A stretch of 50,143 nt of DNA from Gemmatimonadota bacterium (GTDB taxonomy: Bacteria > Gemmatimonadota > Gemmatimonadetes > Gemmatimonadales > GWC2-71-9): NCBI GenBank assembly GCA_039586365.1, contig JBDHKN010000022.1, forward strand, positions 1-50,143, in the 5' to 3' direction. Positions 36,442 to 46,839 of this stretch are shown here, piece by piece. Position 1 is the first letter of the stretch. The number at the start of each line of letters is the position of its first letter. The position numbers were made by a program, and so were the translations under genes. The notes beneath the pieces are model-generated. The model had not been told where the DNA came from. It was given only the letters and a program-made list of their open reading frames with translations, and ran no database searches.

Positions 36442-39400
36442 CTAGGGCCGTAGTGTCGCGAGCTTCTCGCGCGCCCTCTGGGCCGGCTCGTAACCCGGGT
36501 CGGCATTCTCCCATACTGTAAGCGCCGTCTCGAGGTGCCGCACCGCCTGGGCTGTGTCACCCCGATCCGCGAACACGAGCGCCAGTTCGCAATGGGCTTT
36601 GGGATCGTAGGGCGCTGACTGCAACCTCTTACGAATGCTCTGTTCGGCACCGTCCGCATCGCCGAGTTTCCGCTGGCAGCGTCCGACATCAGTGTATACA
36701 GCAGTCGCGGTTGGGTTGCTGTCCAGCTCCTCGCGGTAGACAGGGATCGCTTGACCGCAATCCTCGCGCAGCTCGAGAACGCGAGCACGTGCATGAAGCA
36801 CGCGCTGTTGCAGGGCCTGGATACCCACGCTGCTGATCAGCGCTTCTATATCAGGGATGGCAGCCTCGAGGGCGTCCGCGTCCTCGAGCGCAAGCGCCAT
36901 TCTCATCCGTCCAAGGGAGCCGAGCTGTTCAAGCGGCGGCTGCAGTTGTTGCTCGATGTCCGCGAGCATCTGTTGCGCCGTCTCTGCCCGACCAGCTGCC
37001 ACGTACTTGTCGAGTGAGCCCAAACGCTGAGCCAGCATCAATAGTGGAGCGTCGAACGTCTGCGCAATCGCAAGCCAGCGCTCGATGTATGCGACGGCTT
37101 CGTTCATACGGCCGCCGGACTCGTACACAGACCCGAGCGCCGACAACACCTCGACGCTGTCCTGCGCGGTCCTAGCTTCCGTGAGGGCCGCATCGAGTTG
37201 TTCGAGGCTGCCTTGGAAGTTGCCGACGTCGCGCTCCAACGTTGCCAGGCTCACCATCACCCCGACATCGCTCGGTTCGAGGAGCAACGCCCTCTCGTAG
37301 GTGGCCTTGGCTGCGTCGAACTCGCCCTGGAGTCGCTGTAAACCCGCCAGCGAAGCGTAAGACTGGGGCTCGTCCGGATGGTCATCCGCATAGCGTTGGT
37401 AGTAGTCCGCAGCCTGAGCAAAATCTCCTCTGTCGCGCGACAGAGTCCCTAGCCGTCGCAGATAGACCGTTTGCGATGGATCGATGGATAAAACCGCCTC
37501 GTATTGCTCCATCGCCTCGGGTATCCTGTGGCGCAGCCCATAGATTCTGGCGAGGATCGACCGACCCTCAATGTCGTCAGGGAACAAGTCCACCCGCATC
37601 TCGGCGATGGCCAGAGACTTCTCGGCTTCCTGGTTGAAATCGTAGTATTGGAACTTGACCTGATATCGCTTCCGCTCGGGAAGCTTATAGCTGTGTCGCA
37701 TGGCGCTTGCGATGGCGCTAGCTGCATTCGCGTGATCGTTGCTTAACGCGGCCACGGCATAATGCAGTTGGTGCGCGTACGCGTTCGTCGAGTCCGCCCG
37801 GAGGGACGCTCGAAGGCCGGTGGCGGCGCCCGACCAATCTTCATCGAACGTGAGCGCGCGAAAGGCCTCGACGAGCAGCCTAAACGCTTCGTGTGACCCG
37901 GTCAGCATGTCTGCGAGCGGTAAGTCCTCAGTCTCCTCGATGTGCTGTGCGGGAACCCCCAGATCTCGTTTCAGCTGCACCGACATGTCGTCCGCCAGGG
38001 CAATGAAGTCGGGTCCCAAATAGGACCGCTCGGCGATGAGCTTTCCCCTCCGAGTCTCGTAGAGGCTGACGACAATCTGCGTCTCGCACTCCAGCACCGA
38101 GTAGGTCCCGGACACGAATAGCGGTACATGCGCATCGCTGGCGAGTTCTCGCTTGAGGGTGAGTGGTAGGCCAAGGCCGGTTGGGTAGCCCTTACTACGA
38201 TACTCCTCCACCAGCTCTTGGCTCGTGCGAATCTCGATGAACATGTCCTGCTCGAGATCGACGTCGAGGGCAGTCGGTATGCCATGCTGCAGCCAATCCG
38301 CACTAGAATCCCCAGTGTTGTCGAACGGGAAGAGCAGAACGTTCTTGCGGAACTCGCTCTTCGGAACGACCCGCTCCACCGTGTTGCCGTCCTCATCCTC
38401 GACCACTACAGTAGTGGTCGCTGCACCAAGATCAGTCGACCCGAACAGCAACCAGAGAATCACCACTGCGACAAACACGTTTGCCGGCACACTGAACCGC
38501 ATGAGTTTCCACGATTCCTTGTCGCCACGGCCACGGTGGTAGGCAACGATGGCTACCATCGGCAGGAGCGTGACCAGCGCGACCAATCCGAAGGTGGGAA
38601 GGTGCGGTGACCACACGAAGCGCTGTACGACGAGATTGAGCAGCCAGTAGACCACTGCGATAAGGGCGCCGTACGCCAACAGTGCTACGGGCACACGCGC
38701 ACGCAGGATGCTGGAAGCGGAACCCGCCGCCGCCTTGCTGGGGCTCACCAATGCCGCCGCAAACTCCGTCGCAGTGGCGAATCGATCAGCCGGGGCCTTC
38801 GCCATGCCACGCTGTATCGCGCCACTCAGCTCGGGTGTTACCGTCGCTCGGCTGTCGGAGGCGGACGGAGGAGGTGCCATCATATGTTGTTGAATAACGG
38901 CCTGTGTACTGCGTCCTGTGAACGGTGCTTGACCGACCAACATCTCGTACAGCATGCAGGCCAAGGCGTACACGTCGCTACGCGGATCCACCACGTCGCC
39001 ACTCGCCTGCTCCGGGCTCATGTACGCAGGAGTGCCGATCGCTACCCCGGTGCCGGTCAGCCGGTCTCCACCTGCCGCGCTAAACGCCTTGGCGATCCCG
39101 AAGTCGGCAATGACAGCGTGGCCTCCGTACAGGAGGATGTTTTCGGGTTTGATGTCGCGGTGCACGATTCCCTGACCATGTGCGTGTGCCAGCGCTTCAG
39201 CGATTTCGGTGGTGATAGCAATCGCATCTTCGATGGGAAGCTGCTGCTCGCGCCTGAGGCGATCGCTGAGTGACTCACCGTCGACGTAAGGCATGACATA
39301 GTAGAGCAGACCGTCGATTTGGCCGGAGTCGTGGACTGGCAGGACGTGGGGATGACTCAGCCGCGCCGCCGTTTCAATTTCCTGCAGAAACCGATCCCCA

Positions 39401-39567
39401 CCAAGCGACTCGGACAGTTCGGGCCGCATCACTTTTATCGCCACCTTGCGGCCGTGCTTGCGGTCGCTCGCAAGGAAGACAATGGCCATGCCCCCCTCAC
39501 CAAGCTTCTCTTCGACTTCGTAGAGATCAGCGAATGCGACTTTGACACGTTCTAAGAAATCAGACAT
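36442..39567 (-). CDS. Membrane Ser/Thr protein kinase with about 3 TM helices, TolB-N-like domain and long TPR array
   Basis: GEGGMAIVF, VAIK, HRDIKPEN, DFG and GTPAYMSPE. Hydrophobic block VPVALLAYGALIAVVYWLL...VFVAVVILWLLF. Many TPR-like repeats. Confidence 0.93.
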   Translation of the reverse strand: MSDFLERVKVAFADLYEVEEKLGEGGMAIVFLASDRKHGRKVAIKVMRPELSESLGGDRFLQEIETAARLSHPHVLPVHDSGQIDGLLYYVMPYVDGESLSDRLRREQQLPIEDAIAITTEIAEALAHAHGQGIVHRDIKPENILLYGGHAVIADFGIAKAFSAAGGDRLTGTGVAIGTPAYMSPEQASGDVVDPRSDVYALACMLYEMLVGQAPFTGRSTQAVIQQHMMAPPPSASDSRATVTPELSGAIQRGMAKAPADRFATATEFAAALVSPSKAAAGSASSILRARVPVALLAYGALIAVVYWLLNLVVQRFVWSPHLPTFGLVALVTLLPMVAIVAYHRGRGDKESWKLMRFSVPANVFVAVVILWLLFGSTDLGAATTTVVVEDEDGNTVERVVPKSEFRKNVLLFPFDNTGDSSADWLQHGIPTALDVDLEQDMFIEIRTSQELVEEYRSKGYPTGLGLPLTLKRELASDAHVPLFVSGTYSVLECETQIVVSLYETRRGKLIAERSYLGPDFIALADDMSVQLKRDLGVPAQHIEETEDLPLADMLTGSHEAFRLLVEAFRALTFDEDWSGAATGLRASLRADSTNAYAHQLHYAVAALSNDHANAASAIASAMRHSYKLPERKRYQVKFQYYDFNQEAEKSLAIAEMRVDLFPDDIEGRSILARIYGLRHRIPEAMEQYEAVLSIDPSQTVYLRRLGTLSRDRGDFAQAADYYQRYADDHPDEPQSYASLAGLQRLQGEFDAAKATYERALLLEPSDVGVMVSLATLERDVGNFQGSLEQLDAALTEARTAQDSVEVLSALGSVYESGGRMNEAVAYIERWLAIAQTFDAPLLMLAQRLGSLDKYVAAGRAETAQQMLADIEQQLQPPLEQLGSLGRMRMALALEDADALEAAIPDIEALISSVGIQALQQRVLHARARVLELREDCGQAIPVYREELDSNPTATAVYTDVGRCQRKLGDADGAEQSIRKRLQSAPYDPKAHCELALVFADRGDTAQAVRHLETALTVWENADPGYEPAQRAREKLATLRP

Positions 39568-39888
39568 CTGGAACTCCCGAGGTACTCATTGCCGTGGAGT
39601 TGGCCGTTGAGCAGAGCGCGAATGGCATTGCGGTGCTGCTCGGCGAAACCAGCTCCGTAGATCGCACCAAGATCGCGGAATGTTGTCTGCTGCCTCGCGC
39701 ACGGCGATCAGTTCCACGAACTCCGGTCGTTGCTCCCTGAGTCAAGATAGGCTGCGATGGTCTCGCGGCACAACGGTGCAGCACATGCGTGCTACGACAT
39801 GTCCGGATCTAGTGAACCTTCCGCCCCGCCACCCCACGGCCGTAGCTTACTGTTGCAGCTCCCACCTCCACGATAGCGGGTAACGAAG

Positions 39889-41664
39889 ATGAGATCCCAC
39901 TTCCGATTCTCAGCTACATTTTGGAGCCACACTTTGGCACCCGCCGCCCTGTCGGCCAGCGTCATGGCACTCGGCTGCCAACCTGCAAGCGTCACCACAG
40001 AGGAGTCCCCACTCCGGTTCGCGATCTCGTTCCCGGAACAGCGAAGCGCGGAACCCCAGGACGGGCGAGTACTTCTCTTTATTGCGAACAACGCTGACGC
40101 GGAGCCTCGGTTCCAAGTCAGTAACGGGCCCGAAACACAACTGGTGTTCGGTGTCGATGCAGAGGGACTCGGCCCCGATGAGGAGGCGATCATCGACGCG
40201 CGGGTGTTCGGCTACCCGTTGGAGAGCATAGCACAGATTCCGCCGGGTGAGTATTGGGTCCAGGCCCTGCTCAATCGCTACGAGACCTTCCACCTAGGAG
40301 ACGGAAGAGTGCTGAAGCTGCCCCCGGACAGGGGTGAGGGACAACGTCTCGAGCGCAAGCCCGGGAACTTCTACAGTGAACCGGCGCGCATCCCGATTGA
40401 CCCCCGGCGTGCCACTACCATACCGATCTCGCTGGATCTGGAGATCCCACCCATCGAGCCACCCGCAGACACCAAGTACATCAAGCACGTTCGCATACAG
40501 AGTGAGCTGCTCACGGAGTTCTGGGGCCGTCCCATGTACTTGGGTGCGCACGTGCTGCTGCCGGAGGGATTCGACGAGCACCCCGCGGCCCGCTACCCGC
40601 TGGCGGTGTTTCACGGTCACTTCCCGTCCGACTTCGGTGGCTTTCGCGAGACCCCTCCCGATCCCGACCTGGAACCTGACTACAGCGCCCGCTTCGACCT
40701 GCACGGCTACAACCGCATTGTGCAGGAACACGCCTACCAGTTCTACCGGGAGTGGAGCGGCCCCGACTTTCCCAGGATGCTGATCATCGAGATCCAGCAC
40801 CCAACTCAGTACTTCGACGACTCGTACGCAGTGAACTCGGTGAACATGGGCCCGTATGGTGATGCCATCACCTACGAACTCATCCCCCATATCGAACAGC
40901 AGTTTCGCGGGATCGGTGAAGGCTGGGCACGGTTTCTCTATGGCGGTTCGACGGGTGGCTGGGAAGCTCTGGCGGTGCAGGTGTTCTACCCCGACGAGTA
41001 CAACGGCGCTTTCGCGGCCTGTCCCGATCCCATCGACTTCCGTGCCTTCACGCTGGTGAACATCTACGAGGACGAGAACGCGTACTACATCGACTCCGAC
41101 TGGAAGCGCACGGCACGGCCCCGGAGCCGTACGACGTTGGGGCAGGTGCAGACGACTCTGGAGGACGTCAATCACAAGGAACTGGTGCTAGGGACCAAAG
41201 GCCGTTCAGGCGGACAGCGCGACGTGTGGCTCACGCTGTTCGGACCGGCGGGTGACGACGGCTACCCACGCCATGTGTGGGACAAGATGACCGGCGTGAT
41301 CGACCCGGAAGTGGCGGAATACATGAGGGAGAACTACGACCTCCGCTACATCCTCCAGCGAGACTGGGCAACCCTGGGGCCCAAGTTAGTGGGCAAGATC
41401 CACATCTACGTGGGGGAGATGGACAATTCCTACCTCAACAACGCGGTGTACCTGATGGAGGAGTTCCTGGAGAGCACGACGGATCCCTACTACGACGGGC
41501 TGGTGGACTACGAGCCCCGAGCCGGCCACTGCTGGAACGGTGACCATACCCGTCCCAACGCCCTTTCCCGGCTGCGCTACAATCAGATGTACGTGCCGAA
41601 GATTCTCGAGCGGATTCGCCAGGCGGCACCGCCGGGCGCTGACACCGTGAGCTGGAGGTACTGA
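39889..41664 (+). CDS. Alpha/beta-hydrolase (putative esterase family) lipoprotein, paralogue of 8932..10620
   Basis: Lipobox-like ALGC, GGSTGGW, YFDDSY, DPIDFR, GPKLVGKIHIYVGEMD and AGHCW. Confidence 0.85.
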   Translation: MRSHFRFSATFWSHTLAPAALSASVMALGCQPASVTTEESPLRFAISFPEQRSAEPQDGRVLLFIANNADAEPRFQVSNGPETQLVFGVDAEGLGPDEEAIIDARVFGYPLESIAQIPPGEYWVQALLNRYETFHLGDGRVLKLPPDRGEGQRLERKPGNFYSEPARIPIDPRRATTIPISLDLEIPPIEPPADTKYIKHVRIQSELLTEFWGRPMYLGAHVLLPEGFDEHPAARYPLAVFHGHFPSDFGGFRETPPDPDLEPDYSARFDLHGYNRIVQEHAYQFYREWSGPDFPRMLIIEIQHPTQYFDDSYAVNSVNMGPYGDAITYELIPHIEQQFRGIGEGWARFLYGGSTGGWEALAVQVFYPDEYNGAFAACPDPIDFRAFTLVNIYEDENAYYIDSDWKRTARPRSRTTLGQVQTTLEDVNHKELVLGTKGRSGGQRDVWLTLFGPAGDDGYPRHVWDKMTGVIDPEVAEYMRENYDLRYILQRDWATLGPKLVGKIHIYVGEMDNSYLNNAVYLMEEFLESTTDPYYDGLVDYEPRAGHCWNGDHTRPNALSRLRYNQMYVPKILERIRQAAPPGADTVSWRY

Positions 41665-41809
41665 CCCGACCATCTCCACGCGAGGTCTGTCGCATCTGCT
41701 CTGGGTGCCGCGGTCTCGCGGCGTCGGTGTGTTGTGATGCCCGGGCCTCACCGCGCTCGGGGTTCCCCATTGCGATCCATCCATCGCCGGCTCAGGCAAC
41801 AAGCTCGGA

Positions 41810-42160
41810 GTGAGCCTTAGTTGCGGCGCTGAATCGGCGCTCACTCTCCTTGAGGTGCTTGTATTACTATATCGCGTGGGCGACGTAGGCCTTGCAGAAC
41901 GGTATGAGGCGCTGCTTACGCGCAGCCGAGGGATACGTTTGGTCGACAACGGCGGGCCTCAGCTTCGTGCGGCGGCGCAGTTGCGTGCCACTTATCACAT
42001 TAGGACAGCCGACGCCATCCAATTGTCGGCTGCACTGTCGCAGCGATGCACCGCGTTCGTCACCAACGATCGAGCGCTACCGGCACTGCCGGGGCTCGCT
42101 GTCATTCAGCTCGGTGGGCTGCGGGCTGGCAGCCGATCCCTAAGGCGCCAGAAAAAGTAG
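41810..42160 (+). pseudogene. 5'-truncated PIN-domain (VapC-like) toxin fragment
   Basis: SALTLLEVLV, AAQLRATYHIRTADAIQLSAA and FVTNDRAL match the PIN core. The N-terminal first catalytic Asp strand and any antitoxin are missing. The tail overlaps the convergent CPBP gene. Confidence 0.7.
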
Positions 42161-42930
42161 GCCACAACCACAGCCGCAAGCGCAAGGCCGCCCCCGAACT
42201 CACCGGTCAGATATCTCGTCGTCTCGCTGTCGACGGTGACCTGGTCGAAGTACCCTTGGATGTACAGGTTGTGGCTCGCGTGAAGCAACGCAGCGGGCCA
42301 TACGCTGCCTGATTTCAGGCGCAGCCACGCAAACGCAAAGCTGGCACCCACAGCAAGTACCGCAAAGCAAAGCAGGGAGTACCACACTGGCGCCCCAGCG
42401 TTGTAGTCGGCAAACACCAGCATCGGAACATGCCATGCAGTCCAGATGAGGCCGCTGAGAAGAGCCGCCTGGGTGAATCCCCTCATCATGTGAAGCCGTG
42501 GCACGAGATACCCACGCCAACCCAACTCTTCACCCAAGCCAGTGAACAGACTCAACACGGTCCCAACGCCCACGAACAAGAAGAGGTTCGTGCCGAACTC
42601 CTCACGTCTCTCACCCAGGCCGGTCAACCACACGAGCCCGTATACGACGCCCGCGTACAATATCGGTAGCAGGTAGCCAACCACCTCGTAGCGGGTCTTT
42701 CCCCAAACCCAGCCAAGCTCCCTCACATTGTGATGACGGATGAGGCGGGTCGCCAAGGCTGCAATTCCAGGGCACCACATCAGGCACATCACGTAGAGCC
42801 CACCGGCTGCACTCAGGGTCCCTGCTCTTATGATCAAGATCCAAAAGACCCCACTGAGCCCTAGCGTAGCCAGCAAGAAGAAACCCACTTCTCCCTTGCG
42901 CGCCCCAGAACCATCGAGCTGTGCCGCCAT
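42106..42930 (-). CDS. CPBP family (CAAX/Rce1-like) intramembrane glutamic endopeptidase
   Basis: RBS GGAGG before ATG 42930. GEELGWRGYL, WTAWH and AALLHASHN motifs. About 8 TM segments. Confidence 0.93.
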   Translation of the reverse strand: MAAQLDGSGARKGEVGFFLLATLGLSGVFWILIIRAGTLSAAGGLYVMCLMWCPGIAALATRLIRHHNVRELGWVWGKTRYEVVGYLLPILYAGVVYGLVWLTGLGERREEFGTNLFLFVGVGTVLSLFTGLGEELGWRGYLVPRLHMMRGFTQAALLSGLIWTAWHVPMLVFADYNAGAPVWYSLLCFAVLAVGASFAFAWLRLKSGSVWPAALLHASHNLYIQGYFDQVTVDSETTRYLTGEFGGGLALAAVVVAYFFWRLRDRLPARSPPS

Positions 42931-43136
42931 TCCGATTACCTCCATTAGAGCTGCATCGTCGCAAGTCGACCAGCTTTGGCCAGAAGATGACAGGCACGGC
43001 TGCAAATGCGAGGCGGTATAGCTAACCTTCTTGCAGCTAGTCCCAGTGGTGTCGGAAATGCGCCAAAGCTAGCGCAGGGTTCCACACACCGCTGCAGCCT
43101 AGATTCCGTGCTCACTCGAACTCCGGATGAAATGCG

Positions 43137-44267
43137 ATGAATCGGTTCCCAATCCTGCTTGCCACACTCACCCTCTTGCTCGTCGCGCGCGTGAGCGCCG
43201 TCCCTCATGGCCTCGGATCTCTCGCTCACGGCCCGAACGTTCGCGTTCAGGATGCAGCCGCATCCCAGCAGGAAGCAGACTACGCCCAGCACTTCCAGGT
43301 CTTCAAGGGTGACGGCGAGCCCGCATCGCTGCAAGGGATAATCCGGGCCATGGCCCAAGTGGACGCAGTGCTGGTCGGTGAGAGCCACACCGACCCGGTC
43401 GGCCATTGGGTCCAGGTCGAGCTGCTCCGCGAGGCGCTGGCGGTGACCAGGGCGGGAGAGCAGGCCGGAACCCTTCGTCCGGTAGCCCTGTCGCTGGAGA
43501 TGTTCGAGCGTGATGTCCAAGGCATCGTAGACGAGTATCTCCAGGACCTCATCACGGAGGACCAGTTCAAGACCAGCGCCCGACCGTGGGATTATTACGA
43601 CACCGACTACCGGCCAATGGTGGAGCTGGCAAAGGAAGCGGGTATTCCGGTCATCGCCGCCAATGCCCCTCGCCGCTATGTGAACCGGGTCACTCGACTG
43701 GGCAGGGATGCGCTGAACGACCTTCCGCCGCACGCAAGGAGCTATCTCCCACCCTTGCCCTACCCACAACCCACCGCAGCGTACCGGGACGAATGGCTCA
43801 CCCTCATGGCCGAGATGCCCATGGAACGGCAGTGCGAAGTGCCGGCGGAGGAGGAGGTGGGCCATGCCGCCGTCGACCCACCCGAGATGGAGCAGCCCGA
43901 GCGGCCTGCGGAGGAATCTCCGGCTGGTGGAGCGCCCTCCCACATGGCGGCATTCATGGAGAATGGCCTCCAGGCTCAAACTCTATGGGACGCTTCCATG
44001 GCTCACGCCATCACGACCTTCTTGGAGCTGAACCCAGGGGCCCTGGTGCTCCACATGGTGGGAGGCTTCCACGTGGAGAACCACACGGGGATCCCGGAGC
44101 AGGTGCAGCACTACCGGCCGGGGACACGGAGCCTGGTGGTCTCAATGGAGATCGCCGACGACTTCCGCTCGTTCGATCCTACAGAGCACGCGGGGCGGGG
44201 CGACTTCGTGATCCTAACCGATAAGAGTCTTGACCAGGACTTTGCCCGGAACTGCGCAGGACAGTAG
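43137..44267 (+). CDS. ChaN/PhuW-like (haem-binding uptake, TIKI/EreA-like fold) exported protein
   Basis: Signal peptide, VLVGESH, LSLEMFERDVQ, DYRPMVELAK, VIAANAPR, QTLWDASMA and GGFH. Confidence 0.85.
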   Translation: MNRFPILLATLTLLLVARVSAVPHGLGSLAHGPNVRVQDAAASQQEADYAQHFQVFKGDGEPASLQGIIRAMAQVDAVLVGESHTDPVGHWVQVELLREALAVTRAGEQAGTLRPVALSLEMFERDVQGIVDEYLQDLITEDQFKTSARPWDYYDTDYRPMVELAKEAGIPVIAANAPRRYVNRVTRLGRDALNDLPPHARSYLPPLPYPQPTAAYRDEWLTLMAEMPMERQCEVPAEEEVGHAAVDPPEMEQPERPAEESPAGGAPSHMAAFMENGLQAQTLWDASMAHAITTFLELNPGALVLHMVGGFHVENHTGIPEQVQHYRPGTRSLVVSMEIADDFRSFDPTEHAGRGDFVILTDKSLDQDFARNCAGQ

Positions 44268-44412
44268 CACGGCGGATGGGTGCGGATGTGCAAGACGGTC
44301 GACCTACGGTGATCTCCGGAGCCGGGCACCTCTCCAACCCAAGAAGCTCCGGACCGATTCAACGGAGCCTTGCTGCGTCTTCTCGCATGAGGAGCAAACC
44401 CCAGGGCCCCAC

Positions 44413-46839
44413 TTAACGACTCAGGATGTCCACATCCAGATTCACCTTCCTGATCACATCGGCGAAACGGGGATCACCGCGCAACGGGTCGAACAACGGC
44501 GATGCCAGCGGCTCCGAGCCGAAGAACGGATCGTGTGCGTCAGCAGCTCGGTCGAGCCAGTCCAACGCGGCAGCAGCGTCTCCCAGGCCCAGGTAGATGC
44601 GCGCGATGGCGGCGGCGTTGCCGGTCGTAACTTTCGTGGAGTCAATCGACTGCAGAACCGCTCTCGCTCGGTCCGGCTGATCCGTCACGGCATAGGCGTA
44701 GCCTAACAATCCGTTCACCGTTGCCACGCCATCGGCTAGCTGCGCGGCAGCCTCGAGCTCCGGAATCGCGTCAGATCCTCTGTCCAAGTACAGATAGACG
44801 GCACCCTGCATGAACCGGGTCACAGGCGTGAGCGAGTCGAGGCTGACCGCACGCTGCGCTCGTTCGACCGCCGCATCCGCATCGCCAGCAACTGCGAGCG
44901 CGATCGCGTGCAACGCGGTCACTACGGGAGACAAGGGGTCGAGTTCGGTCGCACGTTGAAACTCAGCGATCGCCTCGGCAATACGCCCGTTCATCAGAAG
45001 GTTCTCGCCGTACCATTGATGCGCTGTTGCATTCCGCGGATCGATGCTGATGGCTCTGCGTAGGTCCCGTTCGGCCTCCGACCACCGCCAGGCGCTATTC
45101 AACAGGGCGCCGCGAGAGACGAAAGCGCCGGCCAAGGTGCTGTCGAGTGCGATCGCTCTCGTTACGGCGCGCAGCGCGAGTGGCAGGACAGAGTCGCCCG
45201 GTGTCGCAGTGTAGAGTGGCAACTGTCCGTAGACATCGGCTATTCCGGTGTACGCGTCTGCGTAGCCGGGATCCCGAGAAACGGCTTGTTCGAAATACTC
45301 CAGGGCGCGGCGAAGGCCGTCGGCGCCGCGTTGTTGGAAAAAGTATCGACCACGGAGGTAGAGGTCGTATGCTTCGAGATTGGCGGTTCCGCGTTCGGGG
45401 ACGGCGTCAGCCGTCAAGACACCACCAAACCTGCTTCGGAGTGCACCGACAATCGCCTGCGCAAGACTGTCCTGCACGGCGAACACATGGCTCAGCTCAC
45501 GCTCGTACGTCTCCGACCAAAGCGCGAGACCGTCCGCCACGTCTATGAGCTGTGCGGTGAGACGCAAGCGGTTTCCGTCGCGTCGCACAGTACCTTCGAG
45601 AAGGGTCGATACGTTCAATCCCTCACCGATCTCGCTGGGCGTCGCGTTACTCCCCTTGTAGGAGAATGCGGCTGTCCGTGACGCGACGCGAAGGCCAGGC
45701 ACCTTGTTGAGTGCGCTCATCAATTCGTCGGTCATTCCGTCTGCGAAATAGGCATCGGCGGTGTCGCCGCCGATATTCACGATTGGCAACACCGCGATGG
45801 ACCTTTGAGCTTCCGTCGCAATGGATGATCCCACGTCACCATTGCGTACCAGCCAGAGCACCGCTGCAGCCGCAGCGACAACAAGGACCGCGATCCCTGC
45901 ACTCCACGTCTTCATCCGCAAGCGCGGACGCAGCCCGACGACTGATTTCAAAGAAGGGTGCGTCACGGTGGCGGTGGGCCCGCTCAGGACCGTCGGGTCT
46001 TCGAGCCCTTCGACGAGTTCCGATGCAGACTGTGGGCGCACCGCCGGATCCTTCTCCAGACAACGCATCACGAGAGATACCAACCTGGCCGACAGTCCCT
46101 CACGCCGCTGATCCAGCGGTACCGGCTCCGCAGCTAGATGCGCCGCCATCAGCGCCTGTAAGGACAGATCGTGAAACGGTGGAGTGCCTGAGAGCATCTC
46201 GTAGGCCATGACGCCGAAGGCGTAGATATCGGCCCGGTGGTCGGTAGCGGCATCTCCCGCCACCTGCTCCGGCGCCATATACGTGGGTGTGCCCAGAGAG
46301 GTGCCGACGCTGGTCAGGGTTCCCGGTTGTCCGCTGATCACGCTCCGCGCCGAACTCAGGGCCTTTGCCACACCGAAATCGGCCAACGTCGCGGAACCGG
46401 ACGTCAACAGCACGTTGTCCGGTTTGATGTCGCGATGCACGATGCCGCGCTCGTGAGCGTAGCCCAGTGCACGGGCGACATCTCTCAAGATACTGACAGC
46501 CTCTCGGGGCGAGATCGGTCCAGTGCGCTCGAGTCTCCGACGCAGTGATTCTCCTTCCACGAACGGCATCACGAAGAACGGGAGGCCCTCGATCTCGCCC
46601 GCGCTTATCACACCTACGATATGTGGGTGCTGCAACGCTGCCGCGAGCATGATCTCGCGCTGGAAGCGGTCGACCGAAACACCTGCTGCGAGATCGCGTG
46701 GCAGGACCTTCACGACCACCCTGCGCCCCAGCGAGTTGTCCATCGCGACGAACACGCGTGACATGCCACCGCCGCCAAGTTCCCGCTCGACGGAGAAGTC
46801 CGATCCTAGAATTTCTTGTAGGCGGTCGCGCAACTCCAT
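44413..46839 (-). CDS. Membrane Ser/Thr protein kinase with single TM, TolB-N-like domain and TPRs
   Basis: GGGGMSRVF, VVVK, HRDIKPDN, DFG and GTPTYMAPE. One TM segment (IAVLVVAAAAAVLWLV). SIAVLP...YFADGMTDEL...VASRTAAF, then AYDLYLRG and TPRs. Confidence 0.94.
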   Translation of the reverse strand: MELRDRLQEILGSDFSVERELGGGGMSRVFVAMDNSLGRRVVVKVLPRDLAAGVSVDRFQREIMLAAALQHPHIVGVISAGEIEGLPFFVMPFVEGESLRRRLERTGPISPREAVSILRDVARALGYAHERGIVHRDIKPDNVLLTSGSATLADFGVAKALSSARSVISGQPGTLTSVGTSLGTPTYMAPEQVAGDAATDHRADIYAFGVMAYEMLSGTPPFHDLSLQALMAAHLAAEPVPLDQRREGLSARLVSLVMRCLEKDPAVRPQSASELVEGLEDPTVLSGPTATVTHPSLKSVVGLRPRLRMKTWSAGIAVLVVAAAAAVLWLVRNGDVGSSIATEAQRSIAVLPIVNIGGDTADAYFADGMTDELMSALNKVPGLRVASRTAAFSYKGSNATPSEIGEGLNVSTLLEGTVRRDGNRLRLTAQLIDVADGLALWSETYERELSHVFAVQDSLAQAIVGALRSRFGGVLTADAVPERGTANLEAYDLYLRGRYFFQQRGADGLRRALEYFEQAVSRDPGYADAYTGIADVYGQLPLYTATPGDSVLPLALRAVTRAIALDSTLAGAFVSRGALLNSAWRWSEAERDLRRAISIDPRNATAHQWYGENLLMNGRIAEAIAEFQRATELDPLSPVVTALHAIALAVAGDADAAVERAQRAVSLDSLTPVTRFMQGAVYLYLDRGSDAIPELEAAAQLADGVATVNGLLGYAYAVTDQPDRARAVLQSIDSTKVTTGNAAAIARIYLGLGDAAAALDWLDRAADAHDPFFGSEPLASPLFDPLRGDPRFADVIRKVNLDVDILSR

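Noticed and set aside
42106..42930. CPBP (Abi) gene as phage defence or bacteriocin immunity system
   Set aside because: The family name is historical. There is no bacteriocin precursor, modifying enzyme or defence partner nearby.
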